DNA from: Flavobacteriales bacterium
Lineage (GTDB): Bacteria > Bacteroidota > Bacteroidia > Flavobacteriales_F > PHOS-HE28
NCBI GenBank assembly: GCA_046306055.1
Contig: JBKDXR010000039.1
Coordinates: 65,039-129,038, forward strand
Length of the DNA: 64,000 nt
Direction of reading: 5' to 3'
The notes under the pieces were generated by a model that saw only the letters and a list, made by a program, of their open reading frames with translations, ran no database searches and was not told the DNA's origin. Positions 50,101-57,553 of the stretch are shown piece after piece. The stretch's first letter is position 1; every line of letters starts with the position of its first letter. The position numbers and the translations under genes were made by a program.

Positions 50101-52546
50101 CCGCGATCAACGGATGCTCTGCCGGAACGGGGGCATGACCGAGCTCTTTCAATGCCACGGCCAGCTCGTGTACCAGCCGTTCCACCGACAGCCATGCGGC
50201 GTGGTCCGGTATGCGCTCCAAGGCAAGCGCATCCACTTGGTGCAGGCTCTCGTCGCGCTGCGCGATCAAGCGGTCCAACAGGGTATGCAAGGGGATCCCT
50301 GTGGACGCATGGGCCTCACGCATGCGCTGGTGGAAATGCTCCAACCGTCCGATCTCCTCCTCCATCCTGCCTAACACGGCGGCCCGTTCGCGCGCGATGG
50401 AAGCCTCGTCCATGGTGCTCTTCAGGAAGGCATCGTAGGTCTGCTTCAGGTCCTGGATGAAAGCCTTCTTATCGGCCTGCGAGTCGTGTACGCGGCAGCA
50501 GACCTCATCGAGCTCACGTTGCTTCAGGCGATGGAAGACCACGTCGAGCGCTGCGCGTTTCTCGCAGACGAAGAGCACCTTCTTACCAGCACCGACATAA
50601 TAGGCGATGAGGTTGGTGATGGTCTGAGACTTGCCTGTGCCCGGAGGCCCTTGGATGATGTAGCTACCACCGCTCGCCGCCTGTTCGATGGCGCGGGTCT
50701 GTGTGGGATCGGCCTGGATGATAGGGAACCGATCGGCAAGCGGGGCACGCACCGGAGCGGCATCCTGCAACGGTCTTGGTTGATCGCTGAAGAGCATGCT
50801 GAACACGTCATCCTTGGCGTTCGCCTCGATGATGTGGTCGTAATCGCGCACAAGGGACATGCGCCGTGCATTGAAGTTGCCCAGCGTAACGTTGCAGAGG
50901 TCCACCTCCCAATGGTAGGGGTTGGTATCGCCCTCTTCCACCGTGTTGTAAAAGCTGCGACCGCCGTTGCCCTTGGCATGATCGACACCGGGTCGGAGGT
51001 CTTCGTTGATGATGTACTCGAAGGTGCTCGCGGCCGGACGCACCTTGCGCTGGTAGAGCTGAAGGCCCAGCGGCGTGAAGCCTTCCGTGCCGTAAGAATA
51101 GCTGAAGCTGCGCGTATCGCGGCCACTGGCGTGCCGACGCGTGCGACGCAGGATGCGCGAGAACGCCTGCCGTGCAGCGGCATGCACCACTTCGATGCGG
51201 GGCTTGTCCACCAGGTCAAGTTCGATCTCCGACCCGCTGCTCTTGGATTGCTGGCCTATGCTGCTTACCAGGTCCTCCACACTGGACTCCTCCAGATCGA
51301 TGGAGTCAGGCAATTGTATCCCGTACAACTCGCGGAAATAATGGACGAGCACAGGGTTCACCTCGGCCTCTGCGGTGCGGCATTCCAGTACGTACTGGTC
51401 CTTCACGCCCTTGCGCTTGACCAGTTCCACGGGCAGCAGGATTAGCGGCGTATTGATCTTCTCGTTGCCGTAGTCCTTGAAGTTGGTCCACCGCAGGAAG
51501 GCGATCACCAGCCGTAAGGGATCCACGCCGTATTCGTTCACCGCTTTGCGCGCCTCGCTGCGCACTTTGTCCAAGCGTGCGGGCAAGGTGGGGCGCTCCT
51601 TCATGTCGAGGTAGCTGGTAAGCACCAAGCGCTTCTTGCCGATCACTTTGTCCCGCACGGAACCGCTCCATGTGATCAGTGAAGCAGGGTCGATGTTCTT
51701 GTGGTCCAGCAAGGGCGGTACGCTGGCTACGGTGAGGTTCACAAAGCCCTCGGTATCGCGGAAGTAGAGCAGCCTGTTGCGACGGCTCAGATCGAAGAGG
51801 CGCGCCTTGAGCTTGGCAAGGATCCAGTTGTCGCGCGAGCTCAGGTCCTGCTGGCGGAACCCGGAAGTGCGCGTGAGGTCCACATAGTTGTCCGGGTCGT
51901 ACTGCCTGAAGTTCTTCAGCTTGGCGATGACCTCATCGAGGCTGCGCGGACGGTCCTCGCGATAGAGCTGCGTACATTCCGTGATCACGCTCACCAGTGT
52001 GGGGTGCACCTGTTCGTTCAGGGCGAAGAGGTTATCACGACGCTCCACGAAGGCCTCAAGGTCCTCGGGATCGTTGAAGTCCAGACCGAACGCGAGGCTG
52101 GCAAGGATGAGCCCGCAGATATGGATGTCGGTGATGGGGTCGTGATGGCCGATCTCCAGTTCCCAAGCAGCGTAGCCCAGCAGGTATTTCGGGGCGCTCA
52201 GCGTCTCCCCTTCCTGACGGATCAGCGCATTTCGGTAAGCATGATGATCATCGTCCAATTCGGTCACTTCGCGCGTCACCACCACCGGACCTTCCTGCCT
52301 GGGCTTCGTGAACAGAAAGCGCGTGTGGGATATAGGGCCGCTGGTGCGTCCCAGGTCCAGGTACAATCGCCCTTCTTCCACACGTACGGCATCCGCATTG
52401 CGCAAACGGGCCACACGCCCTTCCATGTGTACACCGTGCAATGCTTCCAGCAAGGGCATGACCACGGCGATCACGTCATCGGTGCGCAGGCCGCCCTGTT
52501 CATCGCAATACCGCAGGAACCCTCGGAAATCCAGCCCTTCGTTCAT
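47120..52546 (-). CDS. 1808-aa multidomain protein: kinase-like N-terminus + DUF4011-like + SF1 (Upf1-like) helicase with large insertion + Vsr/DUF559-like endonuclease + Pro-rich linker + WGR domain
   Basis: Walker A [13 protein letters not shown] (aa 631-643). Walker B [9 protein letters not shown] (aa 1254-1262). Motif III [11 protein letters not shown]. Motif V [14 protein letters not shown]. Motif VI [16 protein letters not shown]. DUF4011-like [11 protein letters not shown]...[10 protein letters not shown] (aa ~230-560). Endonuclease-like YFRCDLAV...[13 protein letters not shown]...[12 protein letters not shown] (aa ~1590-1695). WGR signature [41 protein letters not shown]...KKVEKGY at the extreme C-terminus. 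Confidence 0.85.
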   Translation of the reverse strand: [1808 protein letters not shown]

Positions 52547-52549
52547 CGC

Positions 52550-53794
52550 TTATTCCTCTTGCAGGCTTTCCTCACCAACGTCCTTCATCTTCGACAACCC
52601 TTCCAGCGCACGCTCCTTGAGCTGCTTGAGCTCGCGGGCACCCAGCTTCAGCTCCTTGCGCAGGATGGCATCGAACTCCGCCGACAGATCCAACAGCTCC
52701 GCCAGTTCCAACATGTGGCCCAAAGGCACTTCCTCCTGTTCGCTGTCGCAACGGGCCACATCAAGCAGCACATAACTCAGGTAGTTGCGTGTGTCCTTGG
52801 CGGCGCTCTTCACCTGCTCGCGCAAGGCATCGGTCACATAGGTATCCGGGCTGCGCTTCATCTCGGGGAAATAGGACCGGCACAAAGCGGCCACCGCCGT
52901 ACTGAATATCCATCCGGGCTTCACGGCCAACAACAACAGTTCCTGCGTGAGGCGATGCAGCTCCTTCTGCCGGAACAGGTCCAGGTTGTTGATGTCAAGC
53001 GGGCCGCGTATGAGGCGCTCGATGCGCTCGGTGGAGGCCGAAGGATCATTGTGCCAATGGTGCAGTGCCAGGCAGCGCAGGTAATTCTCCGGATGCGTGG
53101 CGGCCTCACTGCCTTCATTCGCGGCGTTCACCACTTCCTCGGCCTGCTGCACGTAGCTGGCGGTGTTCACCTGGGCCAGGCCCGTGTGCAACTTGATCAA
53201 ACAACTGAGCACGGCCTCCGCATCCTGCGCAGCGAGCATGGCCCCGCGGTCGCAGAACAGCTCCATGTAAAGGCTGTAGAGGCGCGCGGTCTCCACGTGC
53301 ACATCCTCGCTACGTTCATCGTTGGCAATGGCATACACCACACGCGCGGTAACCTCGTGCTCGCCTCCATCCAATACATAGAACAGGTAGTGCGCCAGCT
53401 CGTGGCCCAGTAGCGCGAGGAGCTCCTTCTCGGTCAGCAATTCCATCAGCCGGCCGCTGAGCACAATGTGCGCCTCCTTGCCGAGGATGGAGATACCTGC
53501 GTTCAGATGCGTCGTGTTCTGCTCCTGGTACAGCGTCACCACGGCATCGATGTTCAGTGCCTTCACCGCTTGTTCGGCCGATCTGTAGGCACCGGCGTAG
53601 GTCGTCGCGTCCAGCCGATAGGTGTTCTTGAGCAGGGCCGTGCGGTGTGCCTTGGCCTGCTCCTCCTTCACCTGTTGCCCGCTGAACCACTTCCACGTGC
53701 GCTCGCGCTGCTTGAAGTGATCACGCAGTTGGGCGTGGAAGGGGAATGGCACGAGGGCGACCCCGTTGGAAAGGGATGATGCGGATGCTTCCAT
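52550..53794 (-). CDS. HExxH zinc-metallopeptidase-like protein (M48-like signature HELAH ... THPENYLR), C-terminal coiled-coil
   Basis: GHELAHYLFY at aa 130-139 and THPENYLR at aa 233-240 resemble the M48 HExxH and distal Glu elements. No TM segment or signal peptide. Its stop lies 3 nt before the start codon of the 1808-aa gene. Confidence 0.55.
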   Translation of the reverse strand: MEASASSLSNGVALVPFPFHAQLRDHFKQRERTWKWFSGQQVKEEQAKAHRTALLKNTYRLDATTYAGAYRSAEQAVKALNIDAVVTLYQEQNTTHLNAGISILGKEAHIVLSGRLMELLTEKELLALLGHELAHYLFYVLDGGEHEVTARVVYAIANDERSEDVHVETARLYSLYMELFCDRGAMLAAQDAEAVLSCLIKLHTGLAQVNTASYVQQAEEVVNAANEGSEAATHPENYLRCLALHHWHNDPSASTERIERLIRGPLDINNLDLFRQKELHRLTQELLLLAVKPGWIFSTAVAALCRSYFPEMKRSPDTYVTDALREQVKSAAKDTRNYLSYVLLDVARCDSEQEEVPLGHMLELAELLDLSAEFDAILRKELKLGARELKQLKERALEGLSKMKDVGEESLQEE

Positions 53795-53834
53795 GGCGGG
53801 ATCCGAATCTACGGATCGGATGTGAGCTGGGCGT

Positions 53835-53868
53835 GAACGCTGTAGGGATGAGGCTTTCCGCAGCGTTC
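53835..53868. promoter_or_regulatory. 8-bp perfect inverted repeat GAACGCTG-N18-CAGCGTTC in the divergent promoter region
   Basis: Read directly from the sequence. Lies ~40 nt upstream of the peptidase start on the minus strand and ~140 nt upstream of the ATPase gene. Confidence 0.3.
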
Positions 53869-54009
53869 AGGCAGCAGGTTCCAAGAGGGGATACAAGGTT
53901 GCGATGTGCTCCCGGCATTAGCGTTCGTATCCGACCAAAAGACGCCTACGGCATGTTCTTCATTTGTGAGTATTTTAATGTTGTACTTTAGATTTCTCAA
54001 AACAGACCC

Positions 54010-55176
54010 ATGCGCCACATCGACCGCGAACTCGCTCCTGTGCTACTGAAAGCATCGCGTGGCTTCCCTGCTGTGGTGCTCACAGGACCACGGCGGGCGG
54101 GAAAGACCGTGCTATTGCGCAAGCTGTTCCCGAAGGCTTCGTACACCCTGTTGGAGGACCCCGATGTGATCGCGCGGCTTCGGGCCGACCCTCAAGGATT
54201 TCTCGATGGATTGGCCCTGCCTGCGATCCTGGACGAGGTGCAGAACGTGCCGGAGCTACTCTCCTACATCCGCTCGCGGATCGATGCGAAGCCGCGACGG
54301 ACCGGCCAGTGGTTCATCACCGGCTCGCAGGAAGCGCCCTTGATGCGCGGTGTTACGGAAAGCATGGCGGGACGGGCGGCCATCCTGCATCTGTATCCCT
54401 TGTCCACCACGGAATCAGCGAAGGTGGACCTGCTGCACGGCGGCTATCCGGAAGCCGTGGCGCGGCCGAAGAGCTCAGCGCTCTGGTTCAGCTCCTACGT
54501 GCAGACCTACCTGGAGCGCGATGTGCGCGCTGTGACCAACGTGCGCGACTTGGCGACCTTCCGTCGCCTCATGGCGCTGCTGGCCACACGGCACGGTCAG
54601 ATCCTGAACCGCAGCGAATTCGCCGGCCCCTTGGGCGTGAGCGTACCCACGATCAACCAATGGCTTGGCGTGTTGGAGACCACCCAGCAGCTCATCATCG
54701 TACCGCCGTTCTACGACAACCTGGGGAAGCGCCTCACCAAGTCGCCGAAGATCTACTTCACCGACAGCGGGCTGGCCTGCCATCTGTTGGGCATCACCAG
54801 CAAGAGCGAACTGGAACGGTCACCCTTTCTGGGTGCCTTGTTCGAGGGCTTTGTGGCGGCTGAGATCGTGAAGCGGCAGGTGAACGCCGGAGAGCGCCGG
54901 GAACTGTATCACTTCCGCGACGAACAAGGGCTGGAGGTGGACTTCCTGGTACCCGGTCGCAACGGTGCGCTCACCTTGATCGAGTGCAAGGCCACGCGCT
55001 CTCCCTTCCCGGCCATGGCCGGGAACCTGATCAAACTGAAGGCCAACCTCGCCAAGAAACAAAAGACGCGCACGAAAGTGGATGCCGTTCTCGTTCACCG
55101 CAAAGGGACCAAGGACACTTCCCGTGCTCTACTACCGGAGGTTACGGCCCTATCGCTGGAGCGTTGGCTGGGCTGA
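54010..55176 (+). CDS. AAA+ ATPase with DUF4143 C-terminal domain (AAA_14 family ATP-binding protein)
   Basis: Walker A VLTGPRRAGKT. Overall pattern of the widespread archaeal-ATPase-like/DUF4143 family. Confidence 0.8.
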   Translation: MRHIDRELAPVLLKASRGFPAVVLTGPRRAGKTVLLRKLFPKASYTLLEDPDVIARLRADPQGFLDGLALPAILDEVQNVPELLSYIRSRIDAKPRRTGQWFITGSQEAPLMRGVTESMAGRAAILHLYPLSTTESAKVDLLHGGYPEAVARPKSSALWFSSYVQTYLERDVRAVTNVRDLATFRRLMALLATRHGQILNRSEFAGPLGVSVPTINQWLGVLETTQQLIIVPPFYDNLGKRLTKSPKIYFTDSGLACHLLGITSKSELERSPFLGALFEGFVAAEIVKRQVNAGERRELYHFRDEQGLEVDFLVPGRNGALTLIECKATRSPFPAMAGNLIKLKANLAKKQKTRTKVDAVLVHRKGTKDTSRALLPEVTALSLERWLG

Positions 55177-55253
55177 TATCACCGATCTCAAGATATGAGT
55201 TATTTAAAGTTTCACTTTATAATTCTCATAAATACTATGACCCATTACCAAGC

Positions 55254-55281
55254 AAAAAGCCCGGCTCATCACCGGGCTTCG
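55254..55281. terminator. bidirectional terminator hairpin (AGCCCGG ctcatca CCGGGCT), A5 on plus and T5 on minus side
   Basis: Sits between the stop of the ATPase gene (55176) and the stop of the minus-strand gene (55373). Directly follows a strongly AT-rich 80-nt stretch. Confidence 0.55.
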
Positions 55282-55372
55282 TCCTGTTACGTTGACGTGG
55301 ATCAGCTCTGCATGAACTGCCTGTGCTTGTGATCTTGCCGCGTGATGTCGACCAAGAGGTGCTCCCTGGGAC

Positions 55373-55759
55373 TCAGTGAATACGCGTGAACACCTGCCCC
55401 CTGCCGCGCTCACTTCCCTCGTCATACACCTCGGCGATCAAGCGATCGGCACCGGCAAAGTCAGCATAGATGACCTTCTCGCGCTGCGTTCGCCCGTTCC
55501 TCAAGGTGCACTTTACGTGCTTTCCATCCGGATCGAAATGGCAGGCACCGGTCCATCGTTCCTGCTCCGCAGCCTCCTTCCATCCGGTCCCGTCCGAGCG
55601 ATCCGTCTCGATCTCCTTATGCAGGGTCACGTCGCCGTTATTCGCGAACGTGAGAACCTCTGAAAAGACGACACCGAAAATGGAACCACCGTTGTGCATG
55701 TCCGTCAGCACGAGCGGCCCCGCGCGGAAGGTCATACCCAGCACCTTGGTGATCTGCAT
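55373..55759 (-). CDS. hypothetical protein
   Basis: Clean 128-aa ORF 23 nt downstream of ettA, co-directional. No recognised motif. Confidence 0.4.
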   Translation of the reverse strand: MQITKVLGMTFRAGPLVLTDMHNGGSIFGVVFSEVLTFANNGDVTLHKEIETDRSDGTGWKEAAEQERWTGACHFDPDGKHVKCTLRNGRTQREKVIYADFAGADRLIAEVYDEGSERGRGQVFTRIH

Positions 55760-55782
55760 AGCCCCGGGATCAGGCCATCAAC

Positions 55783-57474
55783 TCACCCCCGCACCAGCTT
55801 CTTGTACTTCAGTCGCTTGGGGACGATATCGCCCACACGCTTCTTGTAGTTCTCCTCGTAGTCACTGAAACCGCCCTCGAACCAGTAGACCTTGCTGTCG
55901 CCCTCGAAGGCGAGGATGTGGGTACACACCCGGTCCATGAACCAGCGGTCGTGGCTGATGATCACAGCGCAGCCGCTGTAGTCCTGGATGGCTTCTTCCA
56001 AGGCCCGGAGCGTGTTCACGTCCAGGTCGTTGGTCGGTTCATCAAGGAGCAGCACGTTGCTGCTCTGTTTCACGGTCATGGCCAGGTGAAGGCGGTTACG
56101 CTCACCACCGGACAGTATGCCCACCTTTTTATTCTGGTCGGTACCACTGAAGTTGAAGCGCGAGAGATAGGCACGGGAGTTCATCACCACGTTGCCGAAG
56201 GTGATGTTCTCCAAGCCACCGGTGAGCACTTCATACACGGTCTTATCGGGCAGCAGGTCCTTGTGGCTCTGGTCCACATAGGCGATCTGCACGGTCTCCC
56301 CGATGGTGATGGTACCACTGTCCGGCTGCTCCGCACCCATGACCATGCGGAACAAGGTGGTCTTACCCGCACCGTTGGGACCGATGATGCCCACGATGCC
56401 GGCCGGTGGCAGCGCGAAGCTGAGGTCTTCGATCAACAAGCGGTCGCCGAAGCCCTTGCTCACGTTCTTGAACTCGATCACCTTGTCGCCCAAGCGGGGT
56501 CCGTTGGGAATAAAGATCTCCAGCTTGGCCTCTTTCTCCTTCACGCTCTCGCTCTGCATCTTCTCGTAGTTGGCGAGACGGGCCTTGCTCTTGGTGCGGC
56601 GGGCACTGGCATTGCTTCGCACCCACTCCAATTCCTGCTTCAGTACGCGCTGGCGTTTGCTTTCGCTCTTTTCCTCCTGTGCCAGGCGGGCGGTCTTCTG
56701 CTCCAGCCAGTTGGTGTAGTTGCCCTTGTAGGGAATGCCCTCTCCACGGTCGAGTTCCAGGATCCAGCCGGCCACGTTGTCCAGGAAGTAACGATCGTGG
56801 GTGATGGCGATGACCGTGCCCTTGTAATCGGCCAGGTGGTGCTCCAACCAGGCCACGCTCTCGGCGTCCAGGTGGTTGGTGGGTTCGTCCAGCAGGAGGA
56901 TGTCCGGGCTTTGCAGCAGCAGGCGGCACAGGGCCACACGGCGGCGCTCACCACCGGAGAGCACGCTGATCTTCTGGTCCGGCTCGGGGCAGCGCAGGGC
57001 ATCCATGGCGATATCCAGCTTCTGGTCGATGTTCCAGGCATCCACCGCTTCGATCTTGTCCTGCAGCACACCCTGACGCGCGATGAGCTTGTCCATCTTG
57101 TCCGGGTCGTTCAGGACGTCCTCGTCGGCGAACTTGTTGTTCACCTCCTCGTACTCCTTCAGCAGGTCCATGATGGGCTGTACACCTTCACGCACGATCT
57201 CGATCACGGTCTTGCTCTCATCCAGTTCAGGCTCCTGCTCCAGGTGGCCGATGGTGTAACCCGGGGTGAGGTGGATGTCGCCATCGAAGTTCTTGTCCTT
57301 GCCTGCAATGATCCGCATGAGCGTGGACTTACCCGATCCGTTGAGACCGAGGATACCGATCTTGGCCCCGTAGTAGAACCCGAGGTAGATATCGTTGAGG
57401 ATCTTCTTACCGGAAGGCAGGGTCTTGCCCACCTTCACCATGTTGAAGATTATCTGACGTCCTTCTTCTGCCAT
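55783..57474 (-). CDS. ettA: ABC-F family ATPase, energy-dependent translational throttle EttA-like
   Basis: Two ABC domains (GLNGSGKST / GPNGAGKTT; LSGGERRRVAL / LSGGERNRLHL). N-terminus MAEEGRQIIFNMVKVGKTLPSGKKIL colinear with EttA. Start at ATG complement 57474. Confidence 0.85.
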   Translation of the reverse strand: MAEEGRQIIFNMVKVGKTLPSGKKILNDIYLGFYYGAKIGILGLNGSGKSTLMRIIAGKDKNFDGDIHLTPGYTIGHLEQEPELDESKTVIEIVREGVQPIMDLLKEYEEVNNKFADEDVLNDPDKMDKLIARQGVLQDKIEAVDAWNIDQKLDIAMDALRCPEPDQKISVLSGGERRRVALCRLLLQSPDILLLDEPTNHLDAESVAWLEHHLADYKGTVIAITHDRYFLDNVAGWILELDRGEGIPYKGNYTNWLEQKTARLAQEEKSESKRQRVLKQELEWVRSNASARRTKSKARLANYEKMQSESVKEKEAKLEIFIPNGPRLGDKVIEFKNVSKGFGDRLLIEDLSFALPPAGIVGIIGPNGAGKTTLFRMVMGAEQPDSGTITIGETVQIAYVDQSHKDLLPDKTVYEVLTGGLENITFGNVVMNSRAYLSRFNFSGTDQNKKVGILSGGERNRLHLAMTVKQSSNVLLLDEPTNDLDVNTLRALEEAIQDYSGCAVIISHDRWFMDRVCTHILAFEGDSKVYWFEGGFSDYEENYKKRVGDIVPKRLKYKKLVRG

Positions 57475-57553
57475 CGCTGATCGTGCTGGTTCGCTGTTCG
57501 TGTATCGTGTGGCCGCTGGCCGATGACCGACCGGTCCATCTGGGAACGACTTC

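Noticed and set aside
47870-53413. Several long plus-strand ORFs (47870-49057, 49337-50374, 50486-51445, 51701-53413) inside the helicase and peptidase genes
   Set aside because: All antisense to genes carrying intact helicase motifs or HExxH. Compositionally biased translations (Leu/Gly/His/Gln-rich) with no motifs.
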